64,000 bases of DNA from an uncultured Gammaproteobacteria bacterium (GTDB taxonomy: Bacteria; Pseudomonadota; Gammaproteobacteria; UBA9214): positions 928,001 to 992,000 of the forward strand of contig CAVVHS010000006.1 in NCBI GenBank assembly GCA_963748215.1. The letters are read 5' to 3'. Both the position numbers and the translations under genes were made by a program. Shown in pieces: positions 43,978-56,337 of the stretch (position 1 is the first letter of the stretch; the number at the start of each line of letters is the position of its first letter). The notes under the pieces were generated by a model. The model had not been told where the DNA came from. It saw only the letters and a list, made by a program, of their open reading frames with translations, and did not search any database.

Positions 43978-44540
43978 GCAGATCCAGGCCGTTACGGGTG
44001 ATGCCCTAATATAGCCTGATTCGGCGCGGCGCGTCTTTAACAAGCCACTGATTTTCCGGAAAAAGCGGCGAAAAACACAGCATTCCCCGACTGACGGCCG
44101 CACAGGCATCCCGGCAGCCGCAGCCGCACGGCAATCCCGGGATACCCATCAGCGCCGCGCGCCAGTCCGGCGCGGCGGCACATTGCAGCCCCTGTGTGCA
44201 CGGTGTAACAGCCAGCCGGGGCGCCGGCAACGGCGCCAACAGCGGTTCCAGGACGTACGACCCCGAGCAAATACCGCGCTGCGCCATGCCGGAACGTTGA
44301 TAAGCCTGGAAATTGAGCCTGGTCATTTTTCCGCTCAGGGGGCAGCAGGATAATCGGGTTTTTCAGCTTGAGCCGCAACGGCATTGCCAGGGCATGGCCG
44401 GACACACGGTCACGAATTTACCACCCCCAGCGCCTGCGGGTGGAAGGCTGGACAGCGAACGGGTTATGCTTGGGCAACGCAAGTCGCGATACCGCTAACA
44501 TCAACAGCCTCTAACGGGGGGCGAGTGAAGGATTCAGATC

Positions 44541-44990
44541 ATGATTACCTACGACGAGCTGCATAGCGAAAATCACAGTATCACGGAACTCTCCAACGTC
44601 CTGCTCTACCTGTTCAGGGAGCGGTCGATGTGCGACACGGGTACCTGCTGCGAGCTGTTCCACCGCTACACCGACAAGGTCAAGCAGCATATCGACCTGG
44701 TCGACGAGAACCTCTACAGCAAGCTGCTGACGCACGATGACCATGAAATCCAGAAACTGGCGCGGAATTTCATGTCCGGGTCGCAGGAGATCAAGCGCAT
44801 CATCGCCTCCTACATGAAGGACTGGTGCCCGAAGAAAAAGTCGGAAACCCTCGCGATTGCCGATTATGAGCGTTTCCTGAAGGAATCCGAGGAAATGTTC
44901 GAGCTGATCCTCGAACGCATCCAGAACGAGACGGAGCGGCTCTACCCGCTGGTGCGGGAACTCAGCGGCGACATCAAAAAGGCAGGCTGA
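44541..44990 (+). CDS. Hemerythrin/HHE-like four-helix protein
   Basis: ELHSENH..HIDLVDENLY..RIQNETERLYP pattern; Cys cluster CDTGTCC. Confidence 0.65.
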   Translation: MITYDELHSENHSITELSNVLLYLFRERSMCDTGTCCELFHRYTDKVKQHIDLVDENLYSKLLTHDDHEIQKLARNFMSGSQEIKRIIASYMKDWCPKKKSETLAIADYERFLKESEEMFELILERIQNETERLYPLVRELSGDIKKAG

Positions 44991-45008
44991 AATATACAAA
45001 CCCCAAAA

Positions 45009-45155
45009 GGGGGACAGGCCACGTTTTTCGGTTTCAAACAAACGTGGCCTGCCCTCTATTTCCTTTCTCCGCGATTTTCGGGGTCAGACCCGATCGATCG
45101 ATGTACAACCAGCGACACCGTCCTCATATTGCGGATCAATCGAGTCTGACCCCCG
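45009..45155. repeat. Two GGGG(A/T)CAG-type REP hairpins
   Basis: ggggacaggccacgttt..aaacgtggcctgccc (45009-45054); ggggtcagac..gtctgacccc (45080-45153). Confidence 0.75.
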
Positions 45156-45161
45156 AGCACG

Positions 45162-46868
45162 ATGAACCTCGCCTACCTGACGGACATCATCATCATGCTG
45201 ACGGCAGCCGTGATCGCCGTGCCGCTGGCGCGCATCGCCGGGCTCGGTACCGTGCCCGGCTTCCTCATCGCCGGCATGGTGGTGGGGCCATCGGTGTTGA
45301 GCCTGATCGACAACCGTGCAGAGATCGGCCACCTGGCCGAACTCGGCGTGGTCCTGCTGCTGTTCGTCATCGGCATCGAACTCAAGCCCGCGCGCCTGTG
45401 GCGGATGCGGCGCATGGTGTTCGGGCTGGGTACCCTGCAGGTGATCACCACCGGTGTATTCATCACCGCCGTGCTGCACCTCGTGTTTGGCATCGGGCTG
45501 CGCGCGGCCATCCTGATCGGACCGGCCCTGGCGCTCTCCTCTACCGCCTTCGTACTGCAGTTGCTGACCGAGCAGAAAATGCTGACCAGCGAGTACGGGC
45601 GCACCTCCTTTGCCGTCCTGCTGTTCCAGGACCTGGCCGTGGTACCGCTGCTTGCCCTCGCCTCGCTGTTGACGGTCACGGATCTGAGTGTCGAGGAAAA
45701 TATCGGCCTGGCATTGCTCGAATCCCTGGCCATCCTGGCGCTGATCATTCTCGGTGGCCGCTACCTGCTGCGACCCGCGCTGCAGCGCGTGGCCAGCCAT
45801 GGAACGCCGGAAATATTCACCGCCTCCGCGGTGCTGCTGGTACTTGGCGTCGCCGTGCTGATGGCAAAGATCGGACTGTCCATGGCCATGGGCGCTTTCG
45901 TGGCGGGACTGCTGATTGCCGATTCGGAATTCCGCCACCAGGTCATGGCGGAGATCCAGCCCTTCCGCGGTCTGCTGCTCGGGCTGTTCTTCATGTCGAT
46001 CGGCATGTCCCTGGAACTCAGGGAGGTGTTCGCACAACCCCTGCTCTGCATAGGACTGGTCGCGCTGCTGATGCTGGCCAAGGCCGCGCTGCTGTGGCCG
46101 CTGGCCAGGCTGTTCGGTCACGGCGCCAGAACAGGGCTTGCGATCGCACTGCTGCTGGCACAGAGCGGCGAGTTCGCGCTGGTGCTGTTCGCGGTCGCCT
46201 TCGACGCCGCCCTGCTGGACACGGTGCTGTACCAGCAACTGCTCGTCGCGGTCGTACTCAGCATGCTGGCGACACCACCGCTGGCCGGCTGGGCGTACCG
46301 GCTGGCCCGCACACGCAGCGGGGTAAGCGACACGCCGGCAATCGACGAGACTGCGGCCTCGCCCGCACCGATCATGATCGTCGGCTTCGGCCGGGTCGGA
46401 CGCCGCATCGGGCAGATACTCGACATGCGTCAGGTACCTTATCTGGCCATCGATAACAACGCCGGTGTCGTGCGGCACGAACGCGACGCCGGCCGCTCCG
46501 TGTTCTACGGCGATGCCCGTGCGCCCGATGTCCTGAAAAGCCTGGGTGTGGGCGAGGCACGGCTGATTATAGTTACGGTCGATGATTTCCAGGTCACGGA
46601 AGAACTGGTCACGTCCCTGCACCGCACCTTCCCCGGACTGGAGATTCTGGCACGCGGGCAGGATCAGGAACGCTGCCAGCGCCTGCTCGCGCAGGGCGCG
46701 CGGCTGGCCGTTTCCGAAAACCTGGAGGCCAGTATCGCGCTGGCCCAGGCGGCCCTGCAGAAGACAGGCAACGACGGCACAGCGGACAACGACGCCATCG
46801 AGCACTACCGCAAGGCCTACTACGACGGCACCCGGATGAAGACCACGCGGCACGAACCGCCAGCCTAG
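45162..46868 (+). CDS. CPA2/Kef-family K+/H+ antiporter with TrkA-N domain
   Basis: AELGVVLLLFVIGIEL, LSSTA, LLFQDLAVVP, GFGRVG, YGDA. Confidence 0.92.
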   Translation: MNLAYLTDIIIMLTAAVIAVPLARIAGLGTVPGFLIAGMVVGPSVLSLIDNRAEIGHLAELGVVLLLFVIGIELKPARLWRMRRMVFGLGTLQVITTGVFITAVLHLVFGIGLRAAILIGPALALSSTAFVLQLLTEQKMLTSEYGRTSFAVLLFQDLAVVPLLALASLLTVTDLSVEENIGLALLESLAILALIILGGRYLLRPALQRVASHGTPEIFTASAVLLVLGVAVLMAKIGLSMAMGAFVAGLLIADSEFRHQVMAEIQPFRGLLLGLFFMSIGMSLELREVFAQPLLCIGLVALLMLAKAALLWPLARLFGHGARTGLAIALLLAQSGEFALVLFAVAFDAALLDTVLYQQLLVAVVLSMLATPPLAGWAYRLARTRSGVSDTPAIDETAASPAPIMIVGFGRVGRRIGQILDMRQVPYLAIDNNAGVVRHERDAGRSVFYGDARAPDVLKSLGVGEARLIIVTVDDFQVTEELVTSLHRTFPGLEILARGQDQERCQRLLAQGARLAVSENLEASIALAQAALQKTGNDGTADNDAIEHYRKAYYDGTRMKTTRHEPPA

Positions 46869-46926
46869 CAGCCAGGTGAACGAAGTAAACGGGAACAGCA
46901 CAGGTTTTTTCCGGCAGAAATAAAAA

Positions 46927-46962
46927 GGGGACAGAACCAACCCGGCATACGGTTCTGTCCCC
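46927..46962. repeat. GGGGACAG REP hairpin (possible terminator)
   Basis: ggggacagaacc-N12-ggttctgtcccc. Confidence 0.7.
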
Positions 46963-47165
46963 CAAAGCTGTAAGCACTCTATAATCGCTTTGTGCTGTGT
47001 CGGTCAGGTTAATCAATACTTTAAAGTACTCTAAAGGGGACGTAGGGATTTTTATCGGACTACCTCGCACGATTTACCTGATGGCCGTCCTCGACGCATC
47101 TGTCCCGAAGCAATACCCTGCCCGGGAAGAAATGTGTTGATAACCAGTAGCGAGGTCGTTTCTGC

Positions 47166-48635
47166 ATGAACCTGTTCCTGACATCAGCCCGGCGAAGCAC
47201 CTGGATCGCAGTTGCGATTCTCGCCCAGACGCTTCTCAGTGCCTGCGGCGGAGGCGGTAGTGGTGTAGCGCCACCGGGCGTGCCACTGGGTGTCACCGTT
47301 AACCCGGGCGACGGTGCACTCAGTCTCGGCTGGAAGCCGCCTGCCAGTAACGGCGGTGCCGCGATCCAGGCTTACAGCGTCGAGTTGACCCCTGCGGTCC
47401 CGCCTGCCGACGTCACGGCAACCGGCACCGTGGCACTGGTTCGCAATCTGACCAACGGCATCGGCTACCAGGTCAGCGTGCGCGCCAGCAATGCCGCCGG
47501 TACCGGCCCGGCCAGCACACCGGTCACCGTGCAGCCCGCGGCCGCCGTGAACAGCGGCTACACGCCCATCACCATCCAGGGCGATAACAGCCCCAGCGGC
47601 ATCTACGACCCGTCAATTTTGCGTGCGAACAACGGTGTGCTGTGGCTGTCCTATTCCAGTGTTGACTATCACAACAATGGCAGCGGACAGCTCGTGCAGG
47701 ATGTCGGCACCCGTATTGCACGCAGCAATGATAACGGCAACACCTTCAGCCATGTCGCGACCATCGCCACACCAACCCCCGCCACGGTGACCGATACCGA
47801 TCCGGCCCTGAGCGCCTGCGGCGCACCGACCTGCACCGGGCGCTGGGTCTATGAGACGTCCTGGCTGATTGAAGACAGTACCGACCCCGACCCCAACCGG
47901 CGCTTCAAGTTATTTGCGCACAAGTATTTCCTGTATCCGCCCGGCACGACGAATCGCACGCTGTATCACCTTGGCGTCATCGTGATGTGGACGGCCGCCG
48001 CGCCCGACGGTGCCTGGTCAATTGAGACGCCACTCATCGGCTGGAACCTGAGCCCGCCGGAGCTGACGCCGCTGCACGTGGTGAACGCGGCCCTGCATCC
48101 CGATCTGGGGGAATGCCTGCTGGTGGCCGAAGGCAGCGCCACGGTGCGCGCCAGTGTGATCGACTTCGTCTTCGCCTGTCCTTTCATCGACACGACGGCG
48201 GGCAACGCCGTGCGGCAGAAGATCGTGCGCCTGCGCAGCACCGACCACCTCAGCACACTGGACTACGTAACCACCCTGCTGGAGGCAGACGACGCGGCCC
48301 CGTACGGCGGCGCAGGCCATTTCAGCGCCCCGGCGCTGATCGTGCGGGAGGACAACGCGCCGCTGCTGCTGGTCACGCCGGTGGTCAACAATGTCTACGC
48401 CGGCAGTCTGGTGTTCCCCTTCGCCGACGATGGCAGCGCGGGCGTGTTCCGCACCGGCGGCCTGCCCGAGACCATCCTGTTCGCGCCGGTCGCCGGCGCC
48501 GGCCATATCGGCGGCGCCAGCACCTACGATGGCAGCCTGGGCGCGCAGGGCATCCTGCAATCCGACGCCACGCTGGGCGCTACCCTGCTCGACACCCGGT
48601 TTGATATAGTCGCGACGCATGCCATGCAGCGTTAA
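47166..48635 (+). CDS. Lipoprotein with fibronectin type III domain and probable beta-propeller (sialidase-like) domain
   Basis: LSAC lipobox, WKPPASNGG..LTNGIGYQVSVRASNAAGTG Fn3, Asp-box-like SNDNGNTF, YDPS. Confidence 0.75.
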   Translation: MNLFLTSARRSTWIAVAILAQTLLSACGGGGSGVAPPGVPLGVTVNPGDGALSLGWKPPASNGGAAIQAYSVELTPAVPPADVTATGTVALVRNLTNGIGYQVSVRASNAAGTGPASTPVTVQPAAAVNSGYTPITIQGDNSPSGIYDPSILRANNGVLWLSYSSVDYHNNGSGQLVQDVGTRIARSNDNGNTFSHVATIATPTPATVTDTDPALSACGAPTCTGRWVYETSWLIEDSTDPDPNRRFKLFAHKYFLYPPGTTNRTLYHLGVIVMWTAAAPDGAWSIETPLIGWNLSPPELTPLHVVNAALHPDLGECLLVAEGSATVRASVIDFVFACPFIDTTAGNAVRQKIVRLRSTDHLSTLDYVTTLLEADDAAPYGGAGHFSAPALIVREDNAPLLLVTPVVNNVYAGSLVFPFADDGSAGVFRTGGLPETILFAPVAGAGHIGGASTYDGSLGAQGILQSDATLGATLLDTRFDIVATHAMQR

Positions 48636-48721
48636 GAGCGATGAGATATCAGAGGCCGATTTCAAATATTAGAAAGAAATGCGCTCTGACACCTTTCTAT
48701 CTTTCTGAGCACAAAATTACG

Positions 48722-48795
48722 AAGGTAGCCTTGATTAATACGTCATTCCGGGCCTGCGCCGGAATGACAAGCATTGAATCAATCAGAGTTTTCCT
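48722..48795. repeat. GTCATTCC REP hairpin inside degenerate inverted ends
   Basis: gtcattccgg..ccggaatgac (48742-48768) flanked by aggtagccttgatt and aatcagagttttcct. Confidence 0.6.
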
Positions 48796-48822
48796 GGTAT
48801 TTGAAGTAATTTTGATCTGACC

Positions 48823-51584
<2,762 letters not shown>

Positions 51585-51674
51585 CGAGCCACCTGCTGAC
51601 CAAATCAAGGGATCAGCGCTTTTCTTACCCGAACTCCGTGCGATGCGCAATCGTTATTACAGGAGGACAATAAC

Positions 51675-51965
51675 GGGGTCAGCACCCTTTACTCACTCGG
51701 CCGTCTATTGCAGTCCAGGTTTCGGTAAATATAAAAAGGTACTGACCACATCTGTCCAAAATACCCCCTCTCCCTCCGGGAGAGGTCTGGGGAGAGGGGA
51801 TCAAATCAAGCCAACCGCCTGATTTTCCATCGCCTCATCCTGGTCGCTCACGGCATCCTGCCTCCCGCGACACTTGTACATCCCTGTACATCGTCCTTCT
51901 CCCGGAGGGACGCCGACAGGGATGTCGGCGGTAGAGCAACGCATGGAGCATTTGCCGAGAAGGGA
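51675..51965. repeat. REP cluster: GGGGTCAG hairpin plus CCCTCTCCC-type pair, the second arm carrying two tiny inserts
   Basis: 51675-51749; 51764-51799; 51833-51965 with inserts at 51844-51893/4 (minus) and 51911-51958 (plus). Confidence 0.8.
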
Positions 51966-52111
51966 CGCGCTGTTCATGTAATGATGTATAGCTTTCATGT
52001 CCTGTCGCTATCAACCGCTCCGTACAATGCGTTCATTCATGGACTTACTGTACCTCAGTCAATGTATGCGGCACAGCCATGGGTGCTGACCCATTTCCAG
52101 GCCACCGATCC

Positions 52112-55100
52112 CTACACTGCCGCCAGCTGTACCGCCTCGTCGATATCCACCGCGACCAGGCGCGACACGCCCGGCTCGTGCATGGTCACACCGGTCAGCT
52201 GCTGCGCCATTTCCATGGTGACCTTGTTATGCGTGATGAAGATGAATTGCACCTGTTCCGACATCTTGCGCACCATGTCGCAATAGCGGCTGACGTTGGC
52301 GTCGTCGAGCGGCGCATCCACCTCGTCGAGCATGCAGAACGGCGACGGGTTGAGGCGGAAAATCGCGAACACCAGCGCGATCGCGGTGAGCGCCTTCTCG
52401 CCGCCGGACAGCAGGTGAATGGTGCTGTTGCGCTTGCCCGGCGGGCGCGCCATGACGGTCACGCCGGTGTCGAGCAGGTCTTCGCCGGTCAGTTCCAGGT
52501 AGGCATGGCCGCCGCCGAACAGGGTCGGGAAATTTTCCTGCATGCCCTGGTTGACGCTGTCGAAGGTATCCTTGAAGCGGCTGCGGGTCTCGCGGTCGAT
52601 CTTGGCGATGGCGTTTTCCAGCGTCTGCAGCGCCTCGATGAGGTCGGCATGCTGCGCATCCAGGTAGATCTTGCGCTTGGACTCTTCCTCGTATTCCTCG
52701 ATGGCGGCCAGGTTGATCGGCCCCAGGCGCTGGATGCGCTGTTCCATCTTTTCGGCCTGCTCGGCCCACAGTTCGACCGTCGCCTCGGCGTCCATGTGCT
52801 CTAGCAGCAACTGGTATTCGAAGCCGGAGGCATTGATCTGCTCCAGCAGCGTGTCGGCACGCGTCTTGATTTCCTGCCAGGCCATGCGGTCCTGGGCCAG
52901 CTGTTCGCGCTGGCTGCCGATGGCGCGTTCCTTGCGGATGCGTTCCTGGTCCAGCTCGCGGGTGCCGTGCTCGATGTCCTCCACCTGCTTGCGCGCCGTA
53001 CCCAGTTCGGCCTCGGACGCGGAGCGCCGCGACAGCAGCCCCTCGAGCTCCTGTTCCAGCTCGACGATCGGGGTATCGCCCTGCCCCAGCACCACGGCCA
53101 GTTCATCGCGCCGCGTGACCAGCTGCTTGCTCTGCTCATGCATGCGCAGCAGGGCCTGGTCGGTCGAGGCCTGCGCGGTTCGTGTCGACTCGGCGCGGAT
53201 GGCGAGTTCGTGCGCGGCCTGCTGGTCGGCGCGGGCCCGTTCGCGCGCCGCGTCCAGCACGCCGGCCAGCTGTTGCTGTTCGCCGATGCGCTGCTCGCGT
53301 TCGTGGGTCAGGGCCTCGGTGGCGGCCAGCGCCTCGTCGAGCCGGTTGCGCGCCTCGGCCTGTTCCTGTTCTTCCTTTTCCTTTTCGGCGCGCAGCGCTT
53401 CCGATTCCATCAGCACATGGTCACGGCGGTGCTGCTGCTGTTCCAGGCGCGAGCGGTTGGCGGCAAGGCTGCCACGCAGGTCGCTGGCCTCGCGGTGCGC
53501 GGCATTGTATTCGTTCTGCAACTGGTCGCGTTCGGCCTCGGCGCTGCGCAGGCTTTCGCGCGCGGCGTCCACGGCCTCGCGCAGGGTCTCGATTTGCCCG
53601 GCCTGCTGCTCGCTGCGTTTGGTCAGCGCAGCGATGTCACGCTCGCGTTCCAGCACGCCGGCCTTTTCATCGGTGTCGCGCGCCACGCGCAGCCACTGCC
53701 GGCCGACCCAGATGCCCTCGCGCGTGATAACGGACTCGTGCGCAGCCAGCCGGTCACGCAGTGCCAGCGCATCGGCCAGCGAATCGGCGGCATAGATACC
53801 ATCCAGCAGACTGGCCATCGACCACGGTGCAGTGATCCTGTCGGCCAGCAGCACGCCCTTGCCGCGGTCGGCCGTGGCATCATTCTGGCCGGCGGTCTCG
53901 AACAGGGCCACGTTGCCCTGGTCCAGCCCACCCAGCACCCGCTCGGCGTCGTTCAGGCCGTCGACGCAGATCGCCTCCAGGTAGAAACCCAGCGCCGTCT
54001 CGATGGCGTGCTCCCAGCCGGCATCGACCTTGATGGATTGCGCCAGGCGCGGTGCGGACTGCAGGCCGTTGGCCTTCAGCCAGCCGCTGACCTGCTCGGA
54101 ACGCTGCCCGAGTGCGGCGCGCTGCAGTGTCTCCAGCGAGGCCAGCTGGCCTCGCGTGGCATGCTGTTCGCTCTGCAGCGCATCGACTTCCTGTTCCTGC
54201 TGGTAGATCCGGGTGCGCAGGTCGCTGATATGACGCACCGCGTTTTCCAGCTTTACCTGGATGCCGGAGACCACGGTTTCGCGACCTTCCAGCCGTTCTG
54301 CCGTCTGCCGGATCTCGTCCATCAGCGACTGGCCGCCCAGCGTCTGCTGCTCCTCGCCCATGCGCTGCAGCCGGGTATCCAGCTGCTGCACGTGGCGCTC
54401 GAGGTGATCGAGACGGGTGCGCTCGACCTGCGCCGACTGCGTACGCTCCGCGGTACGGCGGTTGAATTCGTCCCATTCCGACTGCCAGGCGCGCATCGAC
54501 TGCTCGGCCTCGGCCAGTTCGCCGGCCGAACGCTCGACGCGCTCGCGTGCCGCAAGCAGGTCCGGCTCGATGGTCGCGATGTTCTGTGCCAGTTCCTGCA
54601 GCCGCGCACTGTCCAGCCGGATGTGCGTCTCGATCTCGCCCAGGGTCTGCTCGACGCGGCCCAGTTCCTGCTGCTGTTGCTGTCGGGATTCGCGGTTGTG
54701 CTGGATCGCCTGCTCGATGCGCGCGACATCGGCACCCAGCTTGTAGTAGTGTCCCTGCACCTCGCTGAAGGCATCGTTGGCGTCGGCCAGCCCCTCGCGC
54801 AGTTTTTCCAGTTCCGCCTCGATACCGCGCTGTGCGGCCACCTCGGCTTCCAGTCCCAGCTCGCACTCCTGGATCGTGCGCTGGCGTTCGCTGCTCTGCT
54901 CGTGCATGGCGTGATAACGCAGCGTCAGCAGTTCCGCCTTGACCTGGCGTTCCTCTTCCTTGAGTTCCTTGTAGCGTTCCGCCGCGCGCGACTGGCGCTT
55001 GAGCTTGTCGAGCTGTTTGTCGATCTCTTCCAGCAGGTCGTTCAGGCGGTCGAGATTCTCGCGCGTGTGGCGGATGCGGTTTTCGGTCTCGCGGCGGCGC

Positions 55101-55624
55101 TCCTTGTACTTGGAGATGCCGGCGGCCTCTTCCAGGAAGGCGCGCAGATCGTCCGGCTTGGCCTCGATCAGGCGCGAGATGGTGCCTTGCTCGATAATGG
55201 AGTAGCTGCGCGGCCCGAGGCCGGTGCCGAGGAAGATATCGGTGATATCGCGGCGCCGGCAGCGCGTGTTGTTCAGGAAATAGTTCGAGGTACCGTCGCG
55301 CGACACCTGGCGCCGAATGGAAAGCTCGTTGAAACCCGCGTACTGGCCGCCGATGGTGCCATCACTGTTGTCGAAGGACAGCTCGATGCTGGCGTGACCG
55401 ACCGGCTTGCGGCCGTTGGAGCCGTTGAAGATGACATCCGTCATCGAATCGCCGCGCAGGTTCTTGGCAGATGACTCGCCCATCACCCAGCGCACGGCAT
55501 CTATAATATTGGACTTGCCGCAGCCGTTCGGACCGATGACGCCGACCAGGTTGCTGGGCAGGTGGATGGTGGTCGGATCGACGAAGGACTTGAATCCGGC
55601 CAGCTTGATTTTGGTCAAGCGCAT
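52112..55624 (-). CDS. smc: Chromosome segregation protein SMC
   Basis: GFKSF, GPNGCGKSN, long coiled coils with hinge, LSGGEK, LDEVDAPLD. Confidence 0.97.
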   Translation of the reverse strand: MRLTKIKLAGFKSFVDPTTIHLPSNLVGVIGPNGCGKSNIIDAVRWVMGESSAKNLRGDSMTDVIFNGSNGRKPVGHASIELSFDNSDGTIGGQYAGFNELSIRRQVSRDGTSNYFLNNTRCRRRDITDIFLGTGLGPRSYSIIEQGTISRLIEAKPDDLRAFLEEAAGISKYKERRRETENRIRHTRENLDRLNDLLEEIDKQLDKLKRQSRAAERYKELKEEERQVKAELLTLRYHAMHEQSSERQRTIQECELGLEAEVAAQRGIEAELEKLREGLADANDAFSEVQGHYYKLGADVARIEQAIQHNRESRQQQQQELGRVEQTLGEIETHIRLDSARLQELAQNIATIEPDLLAARERVERSAGELAEAEQSMRAWQSEWDEFNRRTAERTQSAQVERTRLDHLERHVQQLDTRLQRMGEEQQTLGGQSLMDEIRQTAERLEGRETVVSGIQVKLENAVRHISDLRTRIYQQEQEVDALQSEQHATRGQLASLETLQRAALGQRSEQVSGWLKANGLQSAPRLAQSIKVDAGWEHAIETALGFYLEAICVDGLNDAERVLGGLDQGNVALFETAGQNDATADRGKGVLLADRITAPWSMASLLDGIYAADSLADALALRDRLAAHESVITREGIWVGRQWLRVARDTDEKAGVLERERDIAALTKRSEQQAGQIETLREAVDAARESLRSAEAERDQLQNEYNAAHREASDLRGSLAANRSRLEQQQHRRDHVLMESEALRAEKEKEEQEQAEARNRLDEALAATEALTHEREQRIGEQQQLAGVLDAARERARADQQAAHELAIRAESTRTAQASTDQALLRMHEQSKQLVTRRDELAVVLGQGDTPIVELEQELEGLLSRRSASEAELGTARKQVEDIEHGTRELDQERIRKERAIGSQREQLAQDRMAWQEIKTRADTLLEQINASGFEYQLLLEHMDAEATVELWAEQAEKMEQRIQRLGPINLAAIEEYEEESKRKIYLDAQHADLIEALQTLENAIAKIDRETRSRFKDTFDSVNQGMQENFPTLFGGGHAYLELTGEDLLDTGVTVMARPPGKRNSTIHLLSGGEKALTAIALVFAIFRLNPSPFCMLDEVDAPLDDANVSRYCDMVRKMSEQVQFIFITHNKVTMEMAQQLTGVTMHEPGVSRLVAVDIDEAVQLAAV

Positions 55625-55631
55625 GGATGGT

Positions 55632-55823
55632 TAGCCCGCATATTGCACCAGCCGGCTGCTGGCCTGCTGAAAATGACTGAGAAGATAAGTGCAACCATCC
55701 AATGACCCGACATATCTCCAAGCAAACGAAGTGTAATCTGAACGCCGCCGGTCCGGGCCCTGACTGCTCCAGTCACACCTGTACTGGGTCAGCATCCCGG
55801 ATGCTGGTTCAACATGCGGGCTA
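55632..55823. mobile_element. 192-bp MITE-like element with 21-bp imperfect terminal inverted repeats
   Basis: tagcccgcatattgcaccagc / gctggttcaacatgcgggcta (19/21 match). Confidence 0.6.
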
Positions 55824-55910
55824 GGGTACCCATAGCCGGTCCCGTGCACAAGTATTAGTTAGCTGCCAGGGGGCTTGCACCCATCATCTTGTGTCTTGTA
55901 TCGTCGCGCC

Positions 55911-56300
55911 ATGTCGACCCAGCCCAGCAAGGATCTCGAGACCTTCCCCAATCCGCAGCCGGACCGGGACTACAGCATTCGCATCCGGGTGCCCGAATTC
56001 ACGTGCCTGTGCCCCAAAACGGGCCAGCCGGATTTCGCCACCCTGCACCTGGAATACGTGCCGGATGCGCGCTGTGTCGAGCTCAAGTCACTGAAATTAT
56101 ACGTCTGGTCGTTCCGGGACGAGGGGGCCTTCCACGAAGCGGTCACCAATCGCATGCTGGCCGACCTTGTCGCTGCCTGCCAGCCCCGCTATATGCGCCT
56201 GCGCGCCGAGTTCATGGTGCGCGGTGGCATCTACACCGACGTCGTGGTCGAGCACCGCCAGGACGGCTGGCAGCCGCCCGCGCCGGTGAGCCTGCCCTGA
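55911..56300 (+). CDS. queF: PreQ0 reductase, short unimodular form
   Basis: [32 protein letters not shown]. Confidence 0.93.
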   Translation: MSTQPSKDLETFPNPQPDRDYSIRIRVPEFTCLCPKTGQPDFATLHLEYVPDARCVELKSLKLYVWSFRDEGAFHEAVTNRMLADLVAACQPRYMRLRAEFMVRGGIYTDVVVEHRQDGWQPPAPVSLP

Positions 56301-56337
56301 GCTGACGGACGACCCCGGCCCGCCGCCGGCAGCACCC

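Noticed and set aside
44006-44405. Short Cys-rich ORFs upstream of the GGDEF-EAL gene
   Set aside because: No clear RBS or recognisable family; probably promoter DNA.
52967-55474. Long antisense ORFs (also 20391-22208, 41827-43725, 45084-46940, 16598-18310)
   Set aside because: Shadow frames of real genes in high-GC DNA with no recognisable motifs.
55640-55910. PreQ1 riboswitch upstream of queF
   Set aside because: No stem-loop plus A-rich tail pattern recognised; an Rfam scan would be needed to exclude it fully.
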